Below are positions 27,671-45,239 of a stretch of 64,000 nucleotides of DNA, in pieces (within the stretch, counting starts at the first letter, position 1; each line of letters starts with the position of its first letter). This DNA comes from the human T2T-CHM13v2.0 reference genome, Homo sapiens. Under the pieces are notes generated by a model. That model saw only the letters and a program-made list of their open reading frames with translations. It did not search any database and was not told the DNA's origin. The DNA lies in NCBI RefSeq assembly GCF_009914755.1, contig NC_060932.1; one strand, written 5' to 3'. The position numbers were made by a program, and so were the translations under genes.

Positions 27671-28410
27671 CAGAATTTCCTAAACTAGGATCTTTGGTCC
27701 TCTGGGGATCCCCAGGCGTATTCCCAAAGGTTCATGAGATTTTTCAATTTAGGAATTTCATATCAATGGTAAACTAAAACTATTTACATAAGCACATTTT
27801 TGACCACCCGATGGCAATCTCAAAATCAATCATTGCCCTTATATGGGAGAATCTTCATAGTGTTTTGGTTTGTTTTTTTGAGTATGTTATACCCAAGTAG
27901 TTCTACTTTATCATTGGCTTAAGTGAAAAAAAAATGGAGGAAGAATTACTGTGTAAACGGTGAATTTCTGCTAAGTGAGGGCCAAGTGACATCATGTTAG
28001 GGTTTTGCAGTGGTTGGAACAGAGCAAAGTGGTGGAAAAATTGACAGATCTCATGGCACACAGATGTATGGGTATGATGACCACAAGAGAACTTGAACCT
28101 TAGCTGTGAGTATGATGTTCACTTGTGAGTGGTTTTTAGTTTCAAGAGAACAACAACATCCATCACATTAAATAAATGTTAGAAAACTGAATTTAACTGT
28201 GTTGCATCTTTCACCTGCATTGAATTAGTAAATGTGTTTGAATGTTATAGCTTAAGTCATTTACATGCATAAGGAGTTATAAGCAGGTTTTGATTTGCAC
28301 ATATTTTAGCAACATGCTAATAATCATTTAAGGCAACACTGGTATTTATTAAACATAACTTTTGTTTCTTTTAAAAGGTATCTGTTAATTACTCAGGTTT
28401 GAAAATTGCT
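27671..28410. mobile_element. Probable ancient hAT-Charlie DNA transposon derivative
   Basis: The ends cagaatttcctaaact... and ...aggtttgaaaattgct resemble degenerate Charlie terminal inverted repeats with ggggatcccc/ggtatctg subterminal motifs. Confidence 0.4.
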
Positions 28411-29223
28411 AAAATAATAAAAAGAACACAGGCTTTGGAATCAAATAAAACTGGGTGGAAGGCCTACTTCCTCCACTCCCTAAGTGTGTTATCATGGGCG
28501 AGTTGCTTGACTTTTCTAAGCCTTGGGTGTCTCGTCTTATTCATCTCTTCCTATGTGTAAGAAATGTTCAAGGTACAGAAACTATAATAATTCTTACTGT
28601 TAAAGCAATCCTATGAAATGGAAACTAATGCTATTTTTATTTACAGGTGAGAAAACTGAGACAGAAATCAAGCAATTTGTACAAAGTCACCCAACTAGTA
28701 AAACATGGGCCTATATAATCTGACTCCAGAGCTCAATCTTTAAAAGAAAAATTATGGGTACATAGTAGGTGTATATATTTATGATGTACATAAGATATTT
28801 TGTTACAGGCATACAATGCATAATAATCACTCAGGGTAAATAGGGTATTCATTACCTCAAAAACGTATCATTTCTTTGTGTTACAAACATTCCAGTTACA
28901 CTCATTTAGTTATTTAAAAATGTACAAAAAAATTATTGTTGAAGGTAGTCACCCTGTTGTGCTATCAAAGACTAGATCTTACCCATTTTATCTAACTATA
29001 CTTTTATGCCCATTAACCATCCCCACTCCACTGCCCCCACTACCCTTCCCAGCCTCTGTTAACCATCCTTGTACTCTCTATCATGATGAGTTCAACTGTT
29101 TTAATGTTTAGCTCCCACAAATGAGTGAGAACATGCAAAGTTTGTCTTCTGTTCCTGGTTTATCTCACAGAGCATAATGTCATCCAGTTTCCTCCACGTT
29201 GTTGTACATGACAGGATCTCACT

Positions 29224-29514
<291 letters not shown>

Positions 29515-29581
29515 GATCTCACTTTTTAATGGCTGATTGGTACTCCGTTACGTATATATGTACTACATATCCATTCATCTG

Positions 29582-29877
29582 TTTTGTTTTGTTTTTTTGA
29601 CGGAGTCTCACTGTGTTGCCCAGGCTGGAGTGTAGTGGCATGATCTCGGCTCACTGCAAGCTCTGCCTCCTGGGTTCACGCCATTCTCCTGCCTCAGCCT
29701 CCTGAGTAGCTGGGACGACAGGTGCCCGCCACCACGCCCGGCTAATTTTTTGTATTTTTAGTAGAGACGGGGTTTCACCGTGTTAGCCAGGATGGTCTCG
29801 ATCTCCTGACCTCGTGATCCGTCCGCCTCGGCCTCCCAAAGTGCAGGGATTACAGGCGTGAGCCACCATGCCCCGCC
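29582..29877 (-). mobile_element. AluY
   Basis: gcaagctc and accgtgttagccaggatggtctcgatctcc. TSD ccattcatctgtt. Confidence 0.95.
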
Positions 29878-30435
29878 CCATTCATCTGTTGATGTACACT
29901 TATGTTGCTTCTAGGTCTTGGCTATTCTGAACAGTGCTGCAATAGAGAGGGCACTGCAGATATCTCTTTGATATACTGTTTCCTTTCTTTTGGGTCTATA
30001 CCTAGCAGTGGGATTACTGGATCATATGGTAGTTTTATTTTTAGTTTTTTGAGAAACATTCATACTGTTCTCTCTAGTGGCTACACTAATTTACATTCCT
30101 ACCAACAGTATATGAAGCTTCCCTTTTCTCAAGATCCTCTCTAGCATTCATTATTGTCTATCTTTTAGATAAAGGTCATTTTTACTGGGGTGAGATGTTA
30201 TCTCATTTTAATTTTGATTTGCCTTTCTCTGATGATCCATGATGTTGAGCACCTTTTCATATACCTGTTTGCCATTTGTATGTCTTCTATTGAGAAACAT
30301 CTATTCAGATTTTTTGCTCATTTATAATGAGACACAGAAAAACGTTGACATTAGTTAACATTTTCTTATTGGGTTGCTTGAACAGAGTTCGATCTTAACC
30401 ACTTGATTATGTGGACTTTCAAACATCCACCATAA

Positions 30436-30748
<313 letters not shown>

Positions 30749-31228
30749 CAAACATGGATCATTTCTTCGTGTTACAAACATTCCAATTATACTTTAGTTA
30801 TTTTTATGTGTACAATAAATTACAAAGATAGTCCCTGTTGGTGTCAGAATGAAGTCTACTTCTTACTGAAACATCAGACACAATGGTTAGCAATTTACAA
30901 GAGTATCTTATTTCATCATTAAAAACACTGTTAAAGAGAAAATATATTGTTAATTTTATTAATAAAAGAAACCAACTATTTTAGCAATTAAATAATAACC
31001 AGAATGCAACTTTTAACATCACAATGCCATTCATATATAGAGTAATGGACTTCCAGATCCAACCAGGATGAGAAAAACCTGAAACTATATTTTTCCTCTA
31101 TCTTAAACAACTATGAAAATAGTCAAGATAGACAAAAGAATGATTTTCAGACCTACAGCAGGCTGCGCAGAACAATGATCCCTGGAAAAAGGGAAACAAA
31201 CAAGGTGACTGCTGATTGCCCTAATCTT

Positions 31229-31785
31229 GTACCTTAGGCTGGTCCAGGTTCTTGACTTTGCTGCAAAAAACAATTTGAGAGTCCAAAGTAAGAGTAGGGG
31301 AAAGAGCTTATTGCAAAGCAAAAATATACTCTGATAGGTGGGTCAGAGCAGGCTGCTGGAGAATGAGACAGCCACGTCTGCCACTGGGGAAATTTCCTTT
31401 ATGGGAAGCTTATATGATTATTCATAAGAAGGTGATGATGGGCATTGCTGTTAAGCATGTTGTGGGTGGTCTCCTGAGTGCACATGTGCAATGACTGTAC
31501 ATGCTAGCACATATATCATGTGACTCGTTAGCATCTCAACTTCCCACCCAGTGGTGTATCTTCTACTATCACAATAAACAGAGGTCAACCTAATCATGAG
31601 TTTCTCCACTTGCATGAGTTTGGGTATTTTCTCTTCTGCTCTTCTTCATCCCTGTTGTGGGATAATTTAACCACAAGTCCTAGATGAGATTTGTGCAATG
31701 TCGAGCAGTTTGTTCACTCCATTTATTTGGCAAGTTTCTTGTTCCTCTTTAAGGGAGGCTACGAGAACCATCTCTAACTTACCTT
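31229..31785 (-). mobile_element. ERV1-class (MER4-group-like) solo LTR inside the L1M 5'UTR
   Basis: ggtccaggttcttgactttgctgc, cttattgcaaagc and tctctaacttacct resemble a reverse ERV1 LTR. L1-like text resumes on both sides. Confidence 0.6.
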
Positions 31786-32480
31786 TCTAATGTATGGGAG
31801 AGTTTCCAGTGAATGCAGGAAGAAAGGGTGTCCAAACAGGCACTGGAATTAAGTCTTCTTGGGTTAAATACAGTTCAGAGCACAGGATAAAGTACCTAAA
31901 ATTCACAGGGCAGAGTACCAGTAAAGAGAGAGTTGCGGAGAGATAGAGAATCAGAAATTTGCAGAGTTATTTGAGTCTTCAGTTTAGTGCTGATCATTGC
32001 TTAAGTGTAAGGAAACTACCAACAACTGGGAAAAGAACCACAGGTAAAATTAAAAGAAACAGTCCCTGGAGTCCAAATGGGATCAAGGATATTTCAAGTT
32101 TTCGGTAGGTAATGTGGAAAAGCCATTTATAATTAATAGGCATCACGTAGGGTACTCAGAAATGTCGTCTCAGTAGTTGGGACAAAATTAGTCATGGACC
32201 TAAGGCTGCTCTGTTTCTACCTAACAAAGAAATAAAATATTTTAAGTAACTTAACTGTGTCCCAGAACAAAGTTCAAAAAGACAGAAGCTCGTGCGAAAC
32301 TTAGTTCCCAGCAAAGTAAAATGTATCAGTAAAAATGACTAGATATCCACAGAAGCAGAAAAAAAAAAATTAGAACCCATAGCAAGAGAAAAGTTCAACC
32401 AATAGAAACATACCCCAAAATTATACAGATGATAAAATTAGTGGATAAGGAGATTGAAACAGTTATTGTGAATATATGTC

Positions 32481-32791
32481 TTTTTTTTTTTTTTTTTTTT
32501 GAGATGGAGTCTTGCTGTGTCACCCAGGCTGGAGTGCAGTGGCCTGATCTGGGCTTACCGAAAGCTCCTCCTCCCCAGGTTCATGCCATTCTCCTGCCTC
32601 AGCCTCCCAAGTAACTGGGACTACAGGCGCCTGCCACTATGCCCATCTGATTTTTTTTTTTTTTTGTATTCTTAGTAGAGACGGGGTTTCACCGTGTTAC
32701 CCAGAATGGTCTCGATCTCCTGACCTCATGATCTGCCCGCCTCGGCCTCCCAAAGTGCTGGGATTACAGGTGTGAGCCACTGCACCCGGCC
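32481..32791 (-). mobile_element. AluY
   Basis: Reverse Alu with AluY diagnostics and an expanded middle A-tract. Confidence 0.93.
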
Positions 32792-33654
32792 AAATATATT
32801 TCATATGTTTAAGAAAGCAGAGAAAATTATGAACATGTTAAGGAGATACATTAATGATATAAAAGATTCAAATAGAAATTCTACACATACATAAAATATA
32901 CAGTGACTAAGATGAATGATATACAGGATGGAATTAAGTATTTAGACACCATAAGGAGAAGATTAATGAATGTAAAAATACAACAGTATAGACTATCAAA
33001 AATGAAACACAAAGAGAAGTAGAGACTGAAACACAAACAAAAATACAAGCCATTAGTGAAATGTGGGACAACTGCAAGCAGGCTCTCAAAAATGTAATTG
33101 TAGTTCCCAAAGAGACTGTGAAGGAGACCAGAAAATTTGTTTAAATACATAGGGGGCCACAATTTCTCAAAATTCGATGAAAAGTAAAAATCCACAGATC
33201 CAAGAAATTCAATGAATTCCAATCACAAGAAACGTGAAGAAAACTGCACCAAAGCACATCATTATCAAGTTACTTAAAATTCGTTATAAACAACCCGTCT
33301 TAAATTAGTCAGAGGAAAAAAGACATGCTAAACATACAGAGGACAAAGATAAGAATGGCAGCAGACTTCTGGTCAGAATCGATAAAATTCTAAATGTGCG
33401 TCATCAGTGAAAATAAGTTTTTAAAAATGAAGGTGAGACTTCCAGTCTTAACATATAGCATAGATAAAGCTATATGTTAAGATAGCATAGACTTGTCTCT
33501 TTCTGTTTTTCCCCATTAAGTACAACCCTAAATCCAGAAAATAATGCAAGAGACACCAAAGGAGAATTTTCAAAGGTGGAAAGGAGAGCACAGTCTGGGT
33601 AGGGATCCCAGCACGAGAAAAACAGCACCACAGAAGAGTGTCCTATAACCAGCC

Positions 33655-34043
33655 TCAGAAATACCTGAGGCTGGGTAATTTATAAGAAAATAGGTTTCAT
33701 TGGCTCAAGGCTCTGCAGGCTTTACAGGAAGCATAGTGGCATCTGTTTCTGAGGAGGCCTCAGGAAGCTTCCATTCATGGCAGAAGGCAAAGGGGTAGCA
33801 GGTACATCATATGGTGAGAACTGGAGCAAGTAAGAGAGAGAGTTCACGGGGAGATGCTACACACTTTTAAATCACCAAATTCCACGTGAATTTAGAGCGA
33901 GAGCTCACTTATCACCAAGGGGATGGCCCAGGCTAGTCATGAGGGATCTGCCCCATTTTCCAAACACCTTTGACCAGGCCCCACCTTCCACTTTAGGGAT
34001 TACATTTCAACATGAAATTTGGGCAATTGTCCAAATGATATCA
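33655..34043. mobile_element. MSTA/MSTB MaLR LTR
   Basis: gaaatacctgaggctgggtaatttataag...ggaggcctcaggaagctt...attacatttcaacatgaaatttgg. Confidence 0.88.
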
Positions 34044-36028
34044 GAAGGTGATCCAGGCGGGACATTTCACAACCACCGACATAGCAACACAAGGTGGTTG
34101 AGATAGGCCTGTTTCTTACCCTACTGAATACAAGTTCTGCCAACTACACCAGGTGAATCTAGAAGAACTGGCAAGGAGACTGAATGGGAAGCTCCACTGA
34201 CAATAAGCAGCCATTGGGAAGCACACTTCTTCCTCTTGGACCTGACACCTCTTCCCCAAACCAGAGGAACTCTGTAGCCAGGGGCATCAACAATGGGAAT
34301 TATGCCACAACAAATGTCCCTAGCTTGGGAAACACATTTTTCTTCTCCCACAAGTATGGGGAGTCAGCAAAAACAAGTACCCCACTTGGGAATGGCTCTT
34401 TGTTCCTGCAGGACAGAAACTCCCTTCCTCAACCTAGAGGCATCAGGCAGCCCAAGCAGCAGTAACTTCCAGTAACTTCTCCTAAAGCAGCAAGGACCAG
34501 TAGGAGCCACAGTGGCACTGGATAAAACAAGCAGACCAAAATAGCACCAAGAAGACTCTGAAAATTAGGCTGTCGTGAAACCATAGCTCACAAAGTAGAA
34601 CAGGGCTTATGTGCTAAACCAAAACAGGGTGACTAACTGCTAAATGAAAATTTTAACAGAGTCCCCTAACATATATAGTAGCTTAACTGTTCCAAGACAT
34701 TACTCATTATATCAAGCACCAGGAAAATCTAATCCTAATAAGAAAACACAATCAAATAACATTAAATAGTGAGAAAAATCAGATGTTGAAATTATCTGAC
34801 TTGGATTTCAAAGCACCCCTTATGAAAATGTTTCAACAAGCAGTTACTAATTCTCTTAAACACATAAAAGAGTAATAAAATCTCAGCAAATATTTATGTT
34901 ATAATAAAGAATTAAATGGAAATGGTAAGACTAAAAACAGCTCCAAAGAGGATAAATCTGAAGAAGCATCAAGACACATCATAATTAAATTTCTGAAAAC
35001 TAAAAGCAATGAAATAAAATTAAAAGTAACCAGAGAAAAACAACATATTGTCTATAAGGGAACACCAATTCAAGTGACAGCAGATTTCTCCTCTGAACTG
35101 ATAGAGGCCAGCAGGCATTGACACAATATTTTTCCACTTCTGAAAAAAACAAACCCAAAACTCCTGTGAACTGAGAATTTTATATCCAAGAAAACATGTC
35201 CTTCAACAATGAAGAGTAAATGAAATTATTCTCAGATGAATAAAAACTAAAAAAAAAAATTGTCACTAGCAGACCTACCCTTAAAAAAATGACAAAAGAA
35301 AATTCTTCAAACAAAAAAATGAGAAAAGAAATAATTTGGAGCATCTAGAATGAAGAAAGAATAACAGAAAGTTGAGAAATATGAGTAAGCACAATAGACT
35401 ACCCTTTCCCTCATGAATTTTCCAGATCATATGTGATGATTGAAACAAACATTATAGCACCATGTAACACTCAAAACAGTGATATTTTAAAATGGGAGGG
35501 TAAAAGTACCTGAATAGATGTAAGGTTTTCATACTTTATTCAAAGTCACATAGGCATATTGTAATACCCAGAGCAACTACCAAGAAAATCAACCACAAAG
35601 CAATACACTAAAAAATAAGATAAACAGATTAAGTGGGATTCAAAAAATATTTTGGTCATTTACAGGAATTTCTCAGCAACAAAAGACAAGGCAGGAATAA
35701 AGGAATAAGAAACAGAAAGAAAGCAAATAGTAAAATAGCAGACTTGAGCCCTAATACATCAATGTAAATGTAAATAGTCCACATATGCCAATTACAGGGT
35801 AAAGGAAAGGGGATAAAAGAGAGTGGATTAAAAAAAACTTGACCCCAAACTATATTCTGTTTAAAAGGTTCTCACTTCAAATTCAATGACATAGGTAGGT
35901 TGAAGACAAAGGATGGATGAAAAAAGATATATCATGCAAACATTCATCAAAGAAAGCAGGAGTGGCTATAAATATATCAGATAAAGTAGACTCAGAACCA
36001 AAAAAAATGCTATAGACAAAGACAACCA

Positions 36029-36519
36029 TCACACAGTGATAACAGAAATAATCCACTGGGGGCGGGAGCCAAGATGGCTGAATAGGAACAGCTCCGGTCT
36101 ACAGCTCCCAGCATGAGCGATGCAGAAGATGGGTGATTTCTGTATTTCCATCTGAGGTACCGGGTTCATCTCACTAGGGAGTGCCAGACAGTGGGTGCAG
36201 GACAGTGGGTGCAGTGCACCGTATGCGAGCTGAAGCAGGGCGAGGCATTGCCTCACTCGGGAAGCGCAAGGGGTCAGGGAGTTCCCTTTCCTAGTCAAAG
36301 AAAGGAGTGACAGACCGCACCTGGAAAATCGGGTCACTCCCACCCTAATACTGCGCTTTTCCAACGGGCTTAAAAAACGGCGCACCAGGAGATTATATCG
36401 CGCACCTGGCTCAGAGGGTCCTATGCCCATGGAGTCTCGGAGTCTCGCTGACTGCTAGCACAGCAGTCTGAGATCAAACTGCAAGGTGGCAGCAAGGCTG
36501 GGGGAGGGGTGCCCGCCAT
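36029..36519 (-). other. L1 ORF0 homolog, frameshifted, with a secondary 133-codon ORF
   Basis: The ATG at 36519 reads MAGTPPPALLPPCSLISDCCASSQRDSETPWA*. ORF 36430-36029 carries GPSEPG...VRRFLS...IRVGVTRFSRC from ORF0. Confidence 0.75.
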
Positions 36520-37103
36520 TGCCCAGGCTTGCTTAGGTAAACAAAGCAGCTGGGAAGCTCGAACTGGGTGGAGCCCACCACAGCTCAAGGAGGCCTGCCT
36601 GCCTCTGTAGGATCCACCTCTGGGGGCAGGGTACAGACAAACAAAAAGACAGCAGTAAACTCTGCAGACTTAAATGTCCCTGTCTGACAGCTTTGAAGAG
36701 AGCAGTGGTTCTCCCAGCACGCAGCTGGAGATCTGAGAACGGGCAGACTGCCTCCTCAAGTGGGTCCCTGACCCCTGACCCCCAAGCAGCCTAACTGGGA
36801 GGCACCCCCCAGTTGGGGCAGACTGACACCTCACACGGCCGGGTACTCTTCTGAGACAAAAACTTCCAGAGGAATGATCAGACAGCAGCATTCGCGGTTC
36901 ACGAAAATCCACTGTTCTGCAGCCACCGCTGCTGGTACCCAGGCAAACAGGGTCTGGAGTGGACCTCTAGCAAACTCCAACAGACCTGCAGCTGAGGGTC
37001 CTGTCTGTTAGAAGGAAAACTAACAAACAGAAAGGACATCCACACCAAAAACCCATCTGTACATCACCATCATCAAAGACCAAAAGTAGATAAAACCACA
37101 AAG
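36061..37103. promoter_or_regulatory. L1 5'UTR: internal sense promoter and antisense promoter
   Basis: YY1 site ccaagatggc near 36069-36078. Antisense splice donors CAG|GTGCG are intact (exon ends 36406 and 36321). CpGs are partly decayed. Confidence 0.75.
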
Positions 37104-38121
37104 ATGGGGAAAAAACAGAGCAGAAAAACTGGAAACTCTAAAAAGCAGAGTGCCTCTCCTCCTCCAAAGGAACGCAGCTCCTCACGAGCAATGGAACAAA
37201 GCTGGACGGAGAATGACTTTCACGAGTTGAGAGAAGAAGGCTTCAGACGATCAAACTACTCCGAGCTACAGGAGGAAATTCAAACCAAAGGCAAAGAAGT
37301 TGAAAACTTTTTGAAAAAAATTTAGACGTATGTATAACTAGAATAACCAATACAGAGAAGTGCTGAAAGGAGCTGATGGAGCTGAAAGCCAAGGCTTGAG
37401 AACTACTTGAAGAATGCAGAAGCCTCAGGAGCCGATGCGATCAACTGGAAGAAAGGGTATCAGTGATGGAAGATGAAATGAATGAAGTGAAGTGAGAAGG
37501 GAAGTTTAGAGAAAAAAGAATAAAAAGAAATGAACAAAGCCTCCAAGAAATATGGGACTATGTGAAAAGACCAAATCTATGTCTGATTGGTGTACCTGAA
37601 AGTGACGGGGAGAATGGAACCAAGTTGGAAAACACTCTGCAGGATATTATCCAGGAGAACTTCCCCAATCTAGCAAGGCAGGCCAACATTCAGATTCAGG
37701 AAATACAGAGAACACCACAAAGATACTCCTCGAGAAGAGCAACTCCAAGACACATAATTGTCAGATTCACCAAAGTTGAAATGAAGGAAAAATGTTAAGG
37801 GCAGCCAGAGAGAAAGGTCGGGTTACCCTCAAAGGGAAGCCCATCAGACTAACAGCGGATCTCTCGGCAGAAACTCTACAAGCCAGAAGAGAGTGGGGGC
37901 CAATATTCAACATTCTTAAAGACAAGAATTTTCAACCCAGAATTTCATATCCAGCCAAACTAAGCTTCATAAGTGAAGGAGAAATAAAATACTTTACAGA
38001 CAAGAAAATGCTGAGAGATTTTGTCACCACCAGGCCTGCCCTAAAAGAGCTCCTGAAGGAAGCACTAAACATGGAAAGGAACAACCAGTACCAGCCACTG
38101 CAAAATCATGCCAAATTGTAA
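37104..38121 (+). pseudogene. L1 ORF1p, disrupted
   Basis: MGKKQSRKTGNSK...QPLQNHAKL split into pieces by frameshifts (about 37310 and 37790) and stops. Confidence 0.95.
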
Positions 38122-38184
38122 AGACCATTGAGGCTAGGAAGAAACTGCATCAACTAACGAGCAAAATAACCAGCTAACTTCATA

Positions 38185-42009
<3,825 letters not shown>

Positions 42010-44995
42010 ACAATGAGAACACATGGACACAGGAAGGGGAACATCACACTCTGGGGACTGTTGTGGGGTGGAGGGAGGGGGGAGGGATAGCATTAGGAGA
42101 TATACCTAATGCCAAATGACGAGTTAATGGGTGCAGCACACCAGCATGGCACATGTATACATATGTAACTAACCTGCACATTGTGCGCATGTACCCTAAA
42201 ACTTAAAGTATAATAATAATAAAATAAAATAAAATGATAAAATAAAAAAATAATCCACTGGGAAAACATAATGATCCTAAATGTGTATGCCCTAAACAAT
42301 GGAGCCTCAAAAGTACATGAAGCAGTAATTGATGGAGCTGAAAAGAAATACAGAAAAGTCTACAATAGTAGCTGGTGGACCTCAACACCTCTTGCTCCAC
42401 AACTTAGAGAATTATTAGACAGATAATTAGCATGAATATAGAAGATCTGAAAAAAAGAGTCAGTCAACATCAATTACTTAGCATATGTAGAATACTCCAT
42501 CCAACAAAAACAGAATACACTTTTTTTCTACACTCCAATGGAATGTTCATCAGGATAGACAATATCTTGAGTCATAAAACAAGCCTCAATATATTTAAAA
42601 TAATTGAACAACACTCAGTACATTATCTGACCATGATGGAATCAAACTAGAAGTCAGTAACAGAAAGATTACAGGAAAATCTCTATATACTTATAAATTA
42701 AATGACACAGTTCTAAATAACCAAAAAAGAAATCTCAATGGAACTATTAACAGTTAACACATAGCACTGAATGAAAGTAAAAGTGCAACTATCAAAACAT
42801 GTGGGATGCAGGTAAAACAATGTTGAATGGTAATTTTATAATACTAAATCCTTACATTAGAATGAGGAGATATCTCAAATAAATAATCTAAGTTCCTACC
42901 TGAAAAAAAAAAACTAAAAAAAAAGGAAGAAAAAAAGGAAGAGCACAATGAACCCAAAAGAAACAGAAGGAAGGAAATAAAAATAAGAACAGAAACCAAT
43001 GATGTTAAAACATGAAAATAATAAAGCAATGAAGGAAAAATCCAGTTCTTGAAAATAACAGCATTGATTAACATCCAATAAGACTGATAGAGAGAAGGAG
43101 AAGGGGAATACAAATCAACAAATCATCAACTGTAGGAATACTTCTCATTTCATTTAATAAGGCTAGTATTATCAAAAGCAGACAAAGATGGTCAAAAAAG
43201 AAACAAAAACTACCAACCAACATCTCATACACTTAGACCCAAAATGCTTTAAAATATTAGCAAACCAAATACAGCAATGCATGAAAAGAATTATGCACCA
43301 TGACTAAGTGGGATTTTCTCTAAATATGAAGCCTCCGTCAACATTCACAAATCTATCAATGTATACTGCCATAATAATAGGCTAAAAAGAAAAATAATAT
43401 AACATTAATTGATGCAGGAAAAGGATTTGAGAGAATCTAACACCATTTCATGGTAGAAAAAAAATAATTGCAAACTAGGAATTGAAGGGAACTTCCTAAA
43501 GTTTATGAAGAGAATCTGCAAAATTCCTACAGCTAACATCGATCTTAATGGTGAAAAATAGGAAGCTGTCCTTGAAGATTAGGAACAAGGCAATGACACC
43601 TGCTGTCATCACTCTTACTCAACAAAGTACTGAAAGTTCTAGCCATTGGAATAAGGAAGGCAAAGAAATAAAATGCATACAGATGGGAAAGGGAGAAATA
43701 AAACTGTCACTACTGGTGAATAACATGATTTTTTACATAGAAAATCCCAAGGAATCTACTCCCCTACAAATAAACCTCCTAGAACTACGGTAATTCAACA
43801 GGGTCATAGGATACAAGATCAAAACATAAAATTCAATTATATTTCTTTATAATAAAAACAAACATGTGGAACTGAAATTAAACACACAAGACCATTTACA
43901 ACTGTTCTAAAGGAAATGAAATACTTAGGTACGAATCTAACAAAACATGTGTCTGTACCATGAAAATAGCAAGACTTATTTTTAATCAAACAGATCAGTC
44001 AACAGATACTCATGAACCAATCACTTTGGACAATTGGGAGGATACAACAAAAGTGAAGACTTGGCCTACTTTCTGAGAGCTTAGAATCTAAATAAGGAAA
44101 TGAAACAAGCACAAATAAGAGAGATCCTACAACAGAATGGTGGTGGCATGGAATAAGAAAGGGAACTTGCAATTAGGAAACTGACAAGCCTGTTTGTAAC
44201 CTTACATTTATTGCCAGTGTAGATTTGGTAAATCTTTAAAAATCTCTGAACCACATATTCCTCATCCATAGAAGGGAGTTAATAAAAGCTCTCACGGTGT
44301 TGTGAGGTTTACATGAATAACCAATGTTAATATTTTTTCTGAATATAATGGAGGATTTAAATTGAAATAATTTGGTAATTGAGTAAGACAGACATTTAGT
44401 TCCATCAGTATTCAGTGAAAGAAGAGATAGTTTCTGGAAGATTTCTTCTCATCGCATCTAATGTTTGAGCAGTTTATATTTTAGTATTTTCTTTCTTTTT
44501 TCTTTACGAGGCTTGGCTTTCCCGTTTATATTTCCTAGAAGTGACACCTCCTAGGAATAAGAAGTCTTGGCTACCGAAACAGTTTACTGAATTGTAGCTT
44601 GAAGCTGCAGTCAATAAAATTCAATCATGTTCAAAGGGACATTTATCAATCATTGTTAGTCATAATTTTAAAATTCAAAAATCAGTCACTGTGAAGATAC
44701 ATGAAAGAAGACAAAGAATGTGCCCATTCTTTAAATATCCACAAACTAGTAAAAATTTTCTGTAATTTCTCTGTTGTTTCCTTCTCCCTCCACCAGATTT
44801 CCCTTGATATTTCATAACATGTATAAATTTTGGAGGAGAGAGTTTTGTGTATACACACAAAAAAATTATTACTTATGAATAAGTAGGTCACCTATTATGA
44901 TATCCTAAAAGATATCAAGACAATGGGGGTAAAGGGAGCCTTAGAGGTCTTAGAAGACAATAGTGGAACATGTACTAAGTCATTCAAATACTTAC

Positions 44996-45239
44996 AAACT
45001 TCCATTCCCTCCTGAGATCCAAACAACCCCTGGAGTCCTTTTAATCTAATCTTATTTTTACAGTTTTCAAGGAGCACAAACTGTAATGTTTGCTTCTTGG
45101 CAAGATTCCCCTGCAAATATGTTCCTTTCAACAGCAGCGCTATTGACACACCATGGGGTGTGTAGAAACTGACTCTGTCACAACCAGCCTCTGCTAGAGC
45201 ATCAGGCATGAGGTCACTCCATGGCAGCATACTCTCTAC
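44996..45239 (-). ncRNA. Candidate exon (244 nt)
   Basis: Acceptor ctgcttttcccag| and donor TTT|GTAAGT. One frame is open throughout but matches no protein I recognise. Confidence 0.3.

Larger units (their letters stand above)
31048..33436 (+). mobile_element. Ancient L1M 5'UTR and decayed ORF1 (element A)
   Basis: ORF1-like text: attagtgaaatgtgggacaactgcaag, aaatccacagatccaagaaattcaatgaattccaa, gataagaatggcagcagacttct. Ends at aaaatgaaggtga. Confidence 0.75.
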
